Shown here piece after piece: positions 25,201 through 39,346 of a DNA stretch of 64,000 bases. Numbering within the stretch: the first letter of the stretch is position 1; each line of letters begins with the position of its first letter. Made by a program: the position numbers and the translations under genes. Source of the DNA: Lingula anatina (taxonomy: Eukaryota > Animalia > Brachiopoda); assembly GCA_051362555.1 (NCBI GenBank), contig CM120640.1, positions 16,430,001 to 16,494,000 on the forward strand. Direction: 5' to 3'. Under the pieces are notes generated by a model that was given only the letters and a program-made list of their open reading frames with translations, had not been told where the DNA came from and did no database searches.

Positions 25201-28200
25201 TCCAGTCCAGATACTGACGCTGTCAATGACCCTAGTCACTTTAGACTTGGCACACTCTTCATCATAGGTCTCTTCTGGATGTCTGTAAATTCTGTTTTGA
25301 CTAATTGAGCGGTACAGGTGAAATCTGACCTCAGTAAAGAAAGCCACGCGGTTTCAGTGTTTTACCCAGAAACTGTCACGGTCCCCAATTCATTAAAAAA
25401 ACAGACGACGCTGTTTTACCGTTTACAGTAGGTTTCCGGAGGTCGTCTGGTATTCTAACCTGCTTAAACAAGTTTGTTATTCGCTAAGGGCCTTGAAAAC
25501 CGCCTTTTGAGAGCAATTTAGCCCTCGTTCTGAACGGACTGGGTGGTTTTTGTTCAGTTGCAGCAGCATATCCCGAAAGACAGTGAGTCCTGTACCCTGC
25601 TGGCATGATTTTGATACATTGGGTGTGGCCTCTGTGTAGGTACATCAGTCTGGGCATTACTCTATAAAACTATGCGGACCGTTCTGTTTGACGCAATAAT
25701 CTGTCTGACAATGTCTTTCATTTTAGCACCATTCTACCACAGATAAAGCATTTTTTAAAACACCACTTAGTTCATTTTAAGCACTGCAAACCGACCGCTT
25801 GCATGCAAAATTTCCAATTATTTTATGCAGTAGTTGCCGACATATGGATACTTTTTTGATAGAACCATGCTTTGGCACACCCAAGCTTGGACCAGTCCAA
25901 AGGAGCACTACCCAATTAAATCATTGCATATTACACAATTCAGCAGTGCAATAAACATGGTAGTCAGTTAATTAGTAGAGACACACCTCACTACACACTT
26001 TTCCATTCACATATCTTATATGAGATCGGATTTCTTTGAAAAAAGAACGCATTTTTACCTAGGCATACCTTCTAAACTAAAATATTCCATATTAAATGTC
26101 AAGTCTGTACATACCCTAGTTACACACGGTAATCCCAATCCAAACTCTATAAGACACACAAATGTGGTGAACAGCATTTTTCTTTTTCTTAAAAACTGAG
26201 CAAATTCGTCGACGAAACTGCTGGTCAGAGTTTCCAGCGTTGCAAACTGAAATAAGGCCAATATCTCAATTTTACTATATAATAAATGTAAATAAATGAG
26301 CAATTTATTTAGAAGTTGCAAACATTCAACTTTAAACACACTCAAAATATCTTTATCCCAAACGTTAATTATTTACTACTGAAATTACGATTATTTTTAT
26401 TTTAAAAATGTGCTCTGCTTAACACTCTGCCAAACCTGAGTGTCAAGTCCGAGAGTCAGCAACATCAGGAAAAACATAATAGCCCAGAGTGGAGATATCG
26501 GAAGCCTCGCTATCGCCTCGGGATACGCAACAAAAGCTAGACCAGGGCCTGGAAGAACAAACCCGCGATATAAGTGTTTACTAAACTGGATAGGCTTCTT
26601 ACACGAAACTTTTAACCATCACTAAATAAATTATTTAAATAATGTATTTATTTATTCATTTACTTGTATTAAGCATTCTCTTTATTGGATATATAGACCA
26701 TTATATAGACCATTCATCTTTCCCTTTCTGGAAAGAGAAGGAGAAAGACACTTTCAGACAACTTTAAAAAATCTTTTAAAAATCTTTTAAGAAGTGGAAA
26801 CGGGATTCCTTTTTTTTAAATTTCAGATGGTGCTCACGAAAAAAAAAGAAGAAGAAAACACGTGCCATACCTGACTGTATCCCTAGCTGGTCGATAGGGG
26901 TGTTTGATTCCTTGGCCATAAAACCAATCACAGAGAAAATGACGAATCCAGCAAAGAAACTGGTGAAACAATTTACAAGGGGAATGATGATGGCATCTCT
27001 GAAATGTACCAAAAATTTAATAGTAGAATTTATTTAAAATTCTAAACAGAATCTCACCAGTTGATTTTATCATCGATTTTTAAAGTATTTTGTTATTTTT
27101 TTATTTTTTCATAATCTAATAACAATATGCATAAACAGCAGTTAGTTTAGCATAATCTAAAAATACCAGGTGAAATAATAAATACCTGTACATATTATTG
27201 TGGAACCTATTATAGCCAGCCATTGTGATAAGTCCACCCCAAGCGGGTCCAAGAGAATAAAAGATTTGAAGACACGCCTCACACCATACCTGGAAATATG
27301 GACAAGAAACTCCACGTTATCAATATCACTCACTTAAAAGCATTAAATCCAGCGCACACTATGAAATATCTGCTGAGCTACCGACCAGTTAAGCACATCA
27401 AACACAAGTTGCACTCCATTCGAACACGGTGGCTCGTAACTATGTATGCTGAAGGCACGTTGGGAAGAATAAATGAAGCAAACAACAAGCAAACAAAGGA
27501 GTACCAGGGTAAAGGTTTTTAAAACACAATTTTTACTAACATTAAGCTCTGTTAACTTCTGGAAATTAGGTGTCACGTAATACTTGATGCCATCGATTGC
27601 CCCAGGAAGCAGCAAGCCTCGAATCATTAAGATCACCAAGAAGCCATAAGGCACCGTGGCCGTCACATACACGACCTAAAAAAGAGGAAAACTGAAAGAA
27701 AAATTTTCTCACTGTGGTTCTGTGGAAAAAACATAAGCACACTTTGATAAAAAGTGAATGTATTATAAATATCGTAATCGCGTCCAGGCTAACAAACAGA
27801 ATTATGGTGGCATTAATTTTGTACCTAATAGATATGCCTTCTTGGAGTAAGCCTGCTTAACAATCTAGTAGTTTTACATATGGAGGTTTCGAAACTTTAA
27901 AGATCTACGGGAGAAATGAAAAGAGGGAAATTCTCTTGCAATCATGTGAACTTCGCTAAGATTCCTCCTACCTTCCCCGAAGACTTGACACCTTTCACCA
28001 CACACAGCACCGTTATGATCCAGGCTACTATCAGACAAATCAACAACTGCCATTTTATTCCTCTTAGATCTTCTATACCGGGGGAAATATCTAACAGGTT
28101 GTAACTGTGAACAAGAATACCCATAACAGTGGACATTGAATGTTTTTAACCTGGGCCCCGTAACTCGAAAGCATCGCGAATAGCGATATCACATAGAGGC

Positions 28201-31200
28201 TACAGTGTTTTATATGGGGCGAGTATGGGCGAGTTATGGAATCGAGACTCTTGCGCTCGGTCGCAACGCGCGATGCTTTCGAGTTACGGGGCCCTGGACT
28301 CGAATTGGGGTGTTTAAATATGCTGTCTCATACAAATATAATTGAAAAATAAAATATATAAGATAGCAAAAATAGGCCACTGTCTTCCAGCTTCTTCATT
28401 TTCAAATGTCAATCTGCACACTTGCATGCTTATCGTGCAAGCAGAAAATATGTGAAAACTTGAAAAAGGCGAAGCAGGCCCACAGTGGGTGTGCAACTTA
28501 CATTTAGGTTAAACATTAAGGAACTTTAAATCAAAGACCAAAATATCTCATTATGAAATTCAAACCGAAATATAACAATTTAGAAACCTCAACAGTTAAT
28601 CGTTTGTTAATATCACAACTATCACTAACTTACAGCCAAAACTCCTCCGTCGAGCTGACCCCTTTCGGCTCAATCATCGTATTGTTACACGTTGAATTCC
28701 AGTAAAACTCTTCATTAATCACAAGCGTCTCGTTCTCCTCTACCTGGTAAGCCATGAAGTCGAGCGACGAGTTCAGGTAGGAGTTGGTGCAGTTGGCCAA
28801 AGCGTACGTGACGTTAAGCTTACGGTCCTTGCTGACGCAGTTCTCCGTGTTCCACCAGTTTCCGCACGTCCCCCACGGCACGTCAGCGGCAAATGACATG
28901 GCCAGGTAGTAGAACACCCAGGCCATAATCACGTTGTAATAGATGCAGAACACTGCAGAGACCAAGACCATGCCAAACCCTATGCCTTAAGACAAAATTG
29001 ATACCAGTACATTTCGTATGTGTTTGGAGCAAATTTGAATACATGATATTTCTATAGCGTATACTATAGATGCTGTTTTGTATGTATGCAATTAATTTTT
29101 TTACGTTTAAAAACCTGTGCGCAGTACTAAAATGTAACGTCAATGTGTCGGTGCGCGCGTGCGTGCATGGATATATAAATATATTTAAAAAGCAAAGTCT
29201 TTCATAGAACTTACTGACCAGTGCAGAGAGGTTTATCAAGCACTTACCCTTGAAGAGTGGACATATCCTCCATAAACTCAGTGGGCTGCTGCTGGAAAAC
29301 TGGGCTACAGACAACTCCATAAAGAACAGAGGAATGCCGCACAGAAATAGGAACAAGAAGTAAGGAATAAGGAATGCTCCTGAAATGAGAGAGATTGTTG
29401 ATTATTTTCAGTATGGACCACCAATCGCCGCATTAAAAAAACATGTGATATGCAATTGTAACACAATGTTATGTTTAAAAGTTTCGTGACTGATAAATAT
29501 TATGCAACCCATATGTGCCATGTTTAACCAATTGGACTATATAGAAAATTCTATAAAAACTGAAAAATGCCCCCACACTCGGCTGTTTGGTTGTTAATAA
29601 ATGTAAAAATCACACAAAACGAAAAAGAATAACACTCAAGTGTAGGCCCTATTGTTGTAAAAAAACTCGGTCAAGATCGAATATTTATAAACAATGCGGT
29701 GATATTCTCAAACTCAGATTAATTGGTTTTAGTAGTTATAATATGTACGCGTACAGTAGGCCATCATAACAATAACCTGTTAATATTGTCTACTCGGCTT
29801 TTTAACGCCCCCCCCTCGTTACTCTGAATGCTTGGCCTTAGAAAATTGTTACGTCACGACCTCAGGTCACCTCTTGACCTCACGTATTATCAAGGCGGGA
29901 TTTTGTAAATCCCACGTTCATTCATTTTGTCAGTATTTTTTGCTCTTTTTATTGCAATAACGTATATAATATGATATTTTGACACTGCAAGTATTGTTGA
30001 ACGTCGATTTAATCACCAATTCCACGGACGTTGTATTCAAACAGCAAGTCTCACGTGACTCCATTTTGTAGACGACTGTTCACAGGTAACTAAGGGCCTA
30101 ATAAGCCTCGTCACGTTCTCTGTTACTCCATTTATCCAGGGAAGTGGGCAGGAAATTTTTCTTGGGTAGGTGGTTCTATTTGCGGGGAGGTAGTCAGTTC
30201 TAAACGTCACATGCGGCATTGTTCTATAGGAGGTTTTGCAAGAACGTACTGGGGGTAGTCAATTTTCACTGTCGGATTAAGGGGTGTGTGTGTGGGGGGG
30301 GGGGGGGGGGTCCTGACCCCCCCTCCCTTCAGTTTCTGAAAGAATAATCATCCTTATATTCCCCTATTGAATTTACAACTTTGACTAGCTGAATCATAGT
30401 ACTAAACCGTACCAGATGGCACCGTTTGCCCTCCAAAACACTAATTTTTACCCCACGTCAAGGGAGCGAGGGTCAGCTTCTTATCCGAGGCTTGTCATTC
30501 CTAAAAAAAAAACGGACCTCCCCCTCCCCCTTCAAATAATCCTGGATCCGCGCCTGATTTTAAACGTCGTTTGTAGAACAGTAAATGCTAAAATGCACTG
30601 GAGGGAGGCGCAGAGGTACATCTTGGCCACACGTGATAATGTTGTTTATGCGAACTTAAGTTCAACAGGAAGTATTTGAGTTTTGTTTCACATGTGTCTG
30701 GCAAGGATGCCATTCTGTCTTTATTTTAAGTAATTTTTGTCAGTACGTCGGAATCAATTTATCGAAATTCAAGTCATAATCAGAAAACTAGTATCAAGGC
30801 GATATGTGGCAGGTGTAAAGATGGAAGTTGACAAGGTATTTTCTCCACTGTTTCCTCCAGTTTTAAGTTAAAAGAAATAAGGTATCACAAATGAACCAAA
30901 ATGCGAGAGTTGGGACTATGCAGAAGTGCACATTTTCAGTTCCTGCAGCAATCATGACTGTGATAGTGATTGTTCGCCTCTGTAGCATTTACATTGATTC
31001 GAGCGAAACAAAATCCTATGTTGTGGGTACTGGTTTTAAATAATTTCGTGATTAATAAGGCAATGAACAAATTTTGATTCATTTAACACATAACAACGCA
31101 CTGCTTTTCAACCAGGAAGACGAAAGCCGAGATCTTTAAAGTTGGCTCAGAACGACGTGTAATATACTGGGATAAATAGCGATGATGTGTGGGTATTTGG

Positions 31201-34200
31201 AAACTGTTATTGATGAAGTTACATAGCAAAGCCATCAGCTTCCACTTGACATCTTTGACTCCTATTCACTAGTAACAATTTGCACCTGCATTAAAAGTCG
31301 CTTTGCGCTCACACAGCGGTGTTTTGATCACAGGTCGGTGCTACTAGTAGTCTTAACTGACACAGGACCTTTGGTAACATTGGATGGCTGTCTGGTATCC
31401 CGCCGGGGCTATCAATTAGTCATCAGCGCGTTCTGTGCCGACTTGGACGACAAGGAACTGATGGAAAATATAATGATGAAAAGGTCAGTGATTGAAAATC
31501 ACTGAGTGTCCTGTAAGTGCCTTGTTTACAATGATGGAGGTTCTTTAAAACTGTGAAGAAAACATCGAAATTTGGGAGCTGGTTATATTATGACGAGAGA
31601 TGGCGTTGAACCACCAACCACCGAATTCTTTTAAAAGCCGAAAAATGACCTGTAGGGGCCCGGAAATTTAGAAATGATCTGAAAAGGTGTTTATGTATAG
31701 TGCTATTAATGGACAAAAAGGGTTACTTTGAACATTACGGTTAAAGAATTGAAAATGCCTGGAATTTATATGTTTTACTACCATGTGAATAGTGCATGTT
31801 TACATTCTTTAATAGAAAATGGTGACAGTGTCCTTAGTTGCGTTAGATATTAGTCAAAATACCGGGGTATGTGTAGCTGCTAAGTTTAAGAAACACTGGT
31901 GGAATGGTGCCATTTAGTCGTGACGTGTGGTATTTTATATAATAATCCTTATATAAAATGATTTAACCTTATGGGAAAACCCACCACATAATTACAACAT
32001 TCAAAAATTTGCATTCTGTCAGAAGTTAGCGATTTCTTACAATTTGGTACAAGTACTATGTGGCGCACAAGAGCGCTGACTAGGAAATTTGCCCACGCAG
32101 TAGAAACGACAAAAATGTACACTTTTATTTAGCAACAAATGCAAATTTTATAATGACGAAACGTAGATGACATGAATTAAGTACATATACGGTAATTTAA
32201 AAAACGGTAATAACGATAAACTAACATTTTTTCATAAGCTGCCATATTTCAATGATCCACCACATTTCCCCTGTACGCGCTTTTATATACAGCTACGCTT
32301 TTTTAACGGTCACACACTTGTCATGGGATGTCTATTTGATATTTTGAAAACAGCCGGTTAAACGTTTTTTATTATTTAGACTTGATGTACACACTGTTGT
32401 AAGTTAGGATAAACGAAAAATTAAAACAGGAAATTGGCGGTGAAAAGTATACTTATATTTGGTAGATGGCAACGGACAAAAGCATATCTTAGACACTGGT
32501 TTTATTGCCTGTTTAACGACAGATACATGCACAGGAACCACTGTGTTCAATTTATTAATTCTCATGATAAAAATGCAAGAGTGCACTTCCAAAACATAGA
32601 TAAATATAAAACCCACATTTTCCGCGCTTTTGTACATACATCCAAGCGGTGACATCGATTCCCTTTCCATTTAGCAAGTGCGAGTTTCACTTGAGTGTTT
32701 TCTTTAGAGTGGGCGTCGGTGACAGGACCAGGGGCAAGAGGGATGCCACTATTCAGCAGACATAAATGAACAGGCATAACGATAGCTTTTGGCAGTGAAT
32801 TTCCTGAAACAAGAGCTTGAAATGCCAACGTAAAAGCATTCGATTGCTTTCTTTTCCTGGTCTGGCTGTCATGAAACCCATTGAACAATGGAATATCCCA
32901 GCTCCTCGAAGAAGTGTGATCGAAAGCTTTCAGCCGTGTAGTATTCAAGACATTTTGTTTTTGTCCGGAAGACGAGCACTGAGACATTGATGTAGCGTCA
33001 TCGACCAAGGATCGAGGACTAGGACTTCCACTTGGTAGTTTAAATGCACAGAATAGAATTCTTTGCTTCAAAGGAGTTTTTACAAACTGGAAATGTGTAG
33101 TTCAAGTAACACATTGATTTGGTACCATCGAGTCATTTGGCTATGATGTACTTCGTCCGACTTCAATACGGTTTTGTGGTTCTTTGATCATTCCCACGAT
33201 CCAGGACTATATTCTAAATTTGCTCATCTGTCGTACGTAGATGACGTTTAAATTTAGAACATTGTACAACGCCGACGTGTGTTATATTTACTACAGGTTA
33301 TACAGAGAAAATAATTAAGACTAATTATAGATTCAGCAATCTTTTTCTTCTTACATTATATAAAAGATGGAAGTCTGTTAATGATGGGTCGGGGATGTCA
33401 TGAGGGGCAGTATTATTATTATTATTATTATTATTATTGTTACGTATAGCATCTTGAAGCTAACTCATTAAACTCCGGGATCTGGTATTTTTCGTGTGGC
33501 GATAATTCCCCCCTCTTCCTATGAACGGAATCTACTATCATTATCCAAACTTAAAAACTCACACACACTGTCTATTTATGTGCTTAGATCAAGTGGCGAT
33601 GATTTCAACCCCTTACTTATGAAGGAATTCAGTTTTCTTGTTCTGGAAGAAAAACAGTTACAAACTTGAAAAACCTTTTGGTTTTACGTATTCAGACCAT
33701 TCACGCACCTCGAAGGTATAATCTTAACTTTTCTTTAGCTTTTATCAGCTCAGACGCTAATCTTCCCATTAGGCATAAGGCACAGGTGACGAACGCAGGT
33801 GGTGGCTAAATACTAACCTTTTTACGCGCTTGGCAAAGTAAAATAGTGGAGCAAAACTGCTAAATAAGTTCCCAGGATCGGGTCTGTCAAATCTTAACTA
33901 TGTTTCAGAAATATAAATATTTTTAATTATTTTTCTGGAAAAAAGCCACATTCTCAGCACAACACTTAACACCAGAGCTATGTGTTGAAACAATCTAATA
34001 GCTCCACTCCCGCCCTAACTGATGGTTTTGTCACATGTGAAGTTAATGTCCAAGCAATCCTTTTACTTCGCAATTCCTCGTATTTACCCTCTTCCGGTAT
34101 CACCTAGAGTGTTTTTCACCAGATATTCACAGCCTTTTCTGTCTGTATTTCTCTGCACCTTTATTTTTCCCAACGATTTAAAAAAAATGACGCAATCATC

Positions 34201-35361
34201 TAGCTAACCTCTGGTAGAGAGCAGACTGGATAAGGTACCAGTTCTTTGTTGCTACTCAATCACCGTCAATTTTGCACGTTTCTTACAGTCACTTCGTGGG
34301 GAAGTTGGTTAATAGGAATGGAACTTTGTGCTTGTAAGTAACACAGGCCCTCAGCAATTTATCAGTACTAATAAACTATGACTTGTTGATACGCAGACAC
34401 TTATGTACTGCAAACAAAAATTCAAGGTTATTAATTTATGAATGATAATTAACGTTTACGTGCAGTGCTTTTGATTTCATACTTGGCATTAGTGCAATTT
34501 TAAATAGCGGTATTATTTCTATTTCACGGAGCATGAATCATACTTTTCTTATATAAGTTTTAAACAATTTCATTGTTCTGAACACTGCCAGTGACATCTT
34601 GTTATAGCCCCATCAAATATTTTTTTACTACCCTAAGAGAAAGTGTTGGTCGCTTTCAGATGCCTGTCTTCGCTAAAATATTGAAGCAGGCGTTCGGAAG
34701 TCTAATGTTGCAAATGAACGACAAGGGAACACTTAGGGTCGCCTTTAAAGTAATACGACTCCATTCTGTGATTTCGAACTGCGGGCCAAAAAAATGAAAG
34801 AAGTGAAGTGATCATTACACGCATAGCTAGCGTTCTATGCACACTGCGCACCTATGACGGAGGAAACAGACAATCATTTTAAATGGAAATAGATCCTGGC
34901 TTTTTGACATGTAAATAAAAAGTGCCAATGCCATGAGCCAAGTTTCGTTAGACAGGATGAAGTTTGGAGCTACCCTGCGCCCTTAGAAATTAAGGCTATA
35001 TTCAAGATGCAGTCAACATTGCAGTTATTATTTCTCACAGTAAAGGAGAACAGATAATGAAAAGGAAAATATCGCAGTTTTTAAAGATATAGACAAATAC
35101 AATCTATTATAAATAATAGTTTATTTAGATTTTCCAAAGCGTTGTCTTCTTCCCGTCTGTATTCTATTGAAATTGATAATCTGTGAAGAATGTAAGTATG
35201 CTGTTTCAGTTAATTATATTAATTATATTATTGACTTTATTCAAATTGTATTGGACAGTTAGGACATAGCAATCACGTGCTCTCCGCCATTTTAATTTTT
35301 ATTTCATGAAGACCAAAAGGGAAACATGAGTTCACTTCTCATACCACCTAAGGGACAATAT

Positions 35362-35407
<46 letters not shown>

Positions 35408-38400
35408 GGGTTATAAAAGGATTTTGTAAGAAGTTAGTGAGAGGAAGGAGAATTGCTTACGGTGACAGGTAAAAAGGCAACACCTATATGTTAACTGCGT
35501 GGGATCGTAACATTGTAGGTCATGTTACTAGAATAATATCAAGGTACAAAGATTTGATCAGGACGCAATAGCACGTCTCCAGATGGATACATTTTTTTTC
35601 CAATTGCCATAATCAACCTGACGTGTTCTCCTTTTGGGGCACTATTCGCGAATTCAAATTTCAGGGGGAAAATGCACTCACCTCCCCCATTTCTCATACA
35701 GACGTATGGAAACCTCCATAGGTTGCCAAGGCCAACAGCGTACCCAACGCAGGACAGGAAAAAGTCAAGCTGACGGGTCCAGTTCCCGCGTTCCTTATTC
35801 TCGTCGCCTTCAGATTCCTCGGAATCCACTTTCTCTAGTTTCCCATTATGTCGTAGATTTTCATTAGTGTCAGCGCTGGCGTCCGACTGGTTTTTCTAAA
35901 AAGAAGTCGATTACAGAATAATCCTTCGTTTAGATTGATCAATTGGCGCCAGATGGGGCGCGTTTTTAGTTGATGCTTCACTCGACATATTTGCATGTAA
36001 AAACATTAAAAAAGATGCTGAAAAGCAAGCAACCTCTGTATTCCCACATGATACGTACCACATAGTACAGTAAACAACTCCCACAACCTTGACAATGCAT
36101 ATTGCTCAGTACATTAGTAACATTAACATTAGTAACACAACATTGCGTAAATCCTCGTAAGACACGTTTTACTAACCACTGAGACTGAAAATGATGTAAC
36201 GTGAAACTGCTATATACGCAAGGTTCATAAATTTTAGAGGGTTAAATCGATTGCCACTTTTTTACAATACTTAAAGATCATAAACTATCTATTCTGGAAA
36301 TTCCCCATCCCATCTCCACGTTACATTATTGATACGATTACATTAATAGGCAATACGTCATGTAAAGCCTAGGTCTAGGTTCCTTGCGTCCGGCTAGGAC
36401 GAAGCTAGATCGCACGTAGCGGTTGTGATCATGTCGAAAAGTTTCTACGTGCTGTTTGCGTTCTCCAAAAGTCGCACGATGGACGTGCTCCTCACGCACG
36501 AACTCACACGTTTTCCCCATTTTTTTGGCCGTAGACCACACGTTCGGTTGGGACCTAGGCTTAACATCTTAGCATTGTACGCAGGTGGGTGTGCACAGTG
36601 TTTTAAATGGGTTGTGTTGATGAAAATGGTACTATAAATTTATACTGAATTCATCTTTCAGACCCTGTGCTTAAACACGTACGTTCTGTGTTCTAGTAGA
36701 TGGATGGCGTTGCAATCTACAGATGTGGGCCTATTATTTTGGTTGTAAAAACCTAAGGACGTTAATTTTAGTCGTTTAATTGCTTAATAAAGCAACTAAA
36801 TCCACGATAGGCCCTAGAAGTGCAGATACAACGTTCATTAGTAGCTAATAAAACCGAATGCCAAATGGTTTATTTTTAGAAGAATTTTCAGCTTGTGACA
36901 ACGTGTTTTCACCTAATATAATCGAAATACATGTAGCTACCGAGACTTCCGTTGACTCCTAGATAGCAGTTGGAAACAGGTACAGTTTTGTGGTAAAATA
37001 AACTTAAAAGTGCGCGTAACCTTGATGCTACATGTGCACAACACACCAGAGAAAAGTTGAGCCCCCTTTTCAACGACCTGTTGAAATGTTAAAAAACATC
37101 GCTGCCAGTGTGGTTGCCATTTGCCACTGCGGTGGATTGGAAAAAAACACCAAGTGTGCGACTGAAATGCCACAAAAACTTTGAACTTTAACACCCAAGA
37201 TTTCCTGGCAGCCGAAAGAGTTTATCAACCAAATCAACGACACATTAACAAGTCGTGAAAGGCCCTGCGTACTCGGACCTGCGCACATGTACTTGAGAAT
37301 AAGAATGTGCCTCATTAGTGGATCAGAGATTCGCTTGCCCAGGGATGGTAAAATATTCCCATTGTCATGTTTAGGCCTCTTGAATGTGATTATCATGATA
37401 TCATTGTCACCTTCACGTCCACTTTGGTTTTGTGTTAAAGTGTGAGATCTGTATTTCCCGCATATTTCAACTATTGTGCATACGGTTACTTTTGGCTTGT
37501 TCACGGTATCTACAGTAGGATGCAAGATAACGCTTTATTTGTATCCTAGACGGTATATAAAATCAGCACTCCATTCACAGTCACAGCACTTATTTTTGCA
37601 CAGGTGGGATGTTTAATGGCCCGGGTTGAAAGAAAACCATTTCGGTAACACAACAAAGGGCGGAGCTGATGGACTGTGAAGAAAATACTAGTGTAGTGGA
37701 ATGTGGCGAGCTTTATGTTTTGGACCACGATTGTGGGATTACATGTAAAAGTACACTTAGTAGGTCTACACTCATGGTAAAAAAAGGTGCCTCTGCGTTA
37801 TATCAAATGTGTAATGATACCATTTCCTTTATGCCTAATTACAAATATGATTACGCTGAACACCTTTTATTGTCCAACATCTCTTTGTAAATAACAGTGC
37901 CGTCGTAACCGGCTTTTACGAAGCCACATTAATTACTTAGTCAAGAAAAATAACATGAACAATAGTAATATCAATCAGTGGTTATTTACATGTTAACCTA
38001 ATAGTGAATTGATTAATCAGCAGATACCTGACCAATGTTGACAGTTGTCGTCTACTCTCTCTCCACTGTCTCCCATATATTGGTCTGTACTTTTTCGAAT
38101 CAATATCACATTACACGTGCCTTAACTTAAACTCACTTCAAGCAGATCAGAAATCACAGAGAAAGAGAGGGGCAATATTGATTTTATATCCAGATAGTGT
38201 TAATAGTCATATAACTGTTATATAAGAACGCTAGACATAAATCGCCCTTGATTTCATCGTCGAGCTTCGAAAAAAAAAACTATTGTTCAGATTGATTTTA
38301 TCATTATTATTGTAGCATGAGGAAAATATGTTATTTGTTGCGGCAACAGGATGTTAAACCTTACAGATATATCCGACCGCCAGCAGCATGAATTTTGAAC

Positions 38401-39312
38401 TGCATTCTTCAAAGCTTCTTGAAACTTGCGCAATTTTTTTACTGATGGCCGAGGAATAAATTGGGACCAAATATAAACATCCATAATGGAAATTCTAAGA
38501 TTAAGATGAGGTAACAACCCCACAAGTCAATAACCCAACAGAGCGGTATTTTTTCTGCATTAGGAAACTGAAAGTCTTAAATCAATGCCCAGTTTCGCAT
38601 ACAGAGAGAATAATATTAATATAATACTTTTTCCTATATTGCTGTGACACGCAAAGAAAATATCGGTTCAATAGTACTTAAAACACGACGTGATCGCTTA
38701 CATGAGATGTGTCCATCTTCACGGTGTTGATAATTTTGGGAGTGAAAAAGTTCATTTTATTTTGCAGGTGTTGCGATCAGTGCTGTGAACTTCCATTTAC
38801 TGCAGTGAAGAAGGATCAGAGATGGCAGATTGCAGTAAGTAATAGTAAGATCAATAACATGTTGATTTTTCTAGCCCCAAGATCAGCGGTATACTGCCTG
38901 GAGCGCTTACAGACCGGGGAACTGTTTACCAACTTTGATGCCTTTTTGATTCTGTTTTCTTTGGGAAAGAATGATAAAAAAAGTTAAACCAGCCGTGTGA
39001 CGTGGACTGGGCAGTAAGTATTTGTAGCATATATCTAACATGAATTGTAACAAGGTCTTTAAAGCCCTCTTCAAACAGACATGGTGTATTTTAAGTTTTT
39101 AACACTGCCCCATAGAACCCCAGCATTATTATTGCACTATAGACTGGCACGTGAGAGAATGAAGCACACTTGTTGAGTTGTCCTTACCCTGAGTTTAACA
39201 TGGTCTTTAATATAAACCATCCCGTATTCTATTTCCATCCGTTAAAAAGATCTACTTTGATGAACAGCCTGATACAGCAAAGGGTTGTCAACTCCACGCA
39301 AACGCGCGCGCG

Positions 39313-39346
<34 letters not shown>

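Noticed and set aside
32562-33071. 169-aa minus-strand ORF in an SLC6-B intron, with a possible acceptor at 33087
   Set aside because: No recognisable domain. The phase-0 acceptor is incompatible with the phase-1 host donor. It is better explained as the antisense of the decayed transposon.
39303-39346. (CG)n(CA)n tract as a functional Z-DNA element near the SLC6-B first exon
   Set aside because: Such compound microsatellites are common, and nothing else in the sequence supports a function.
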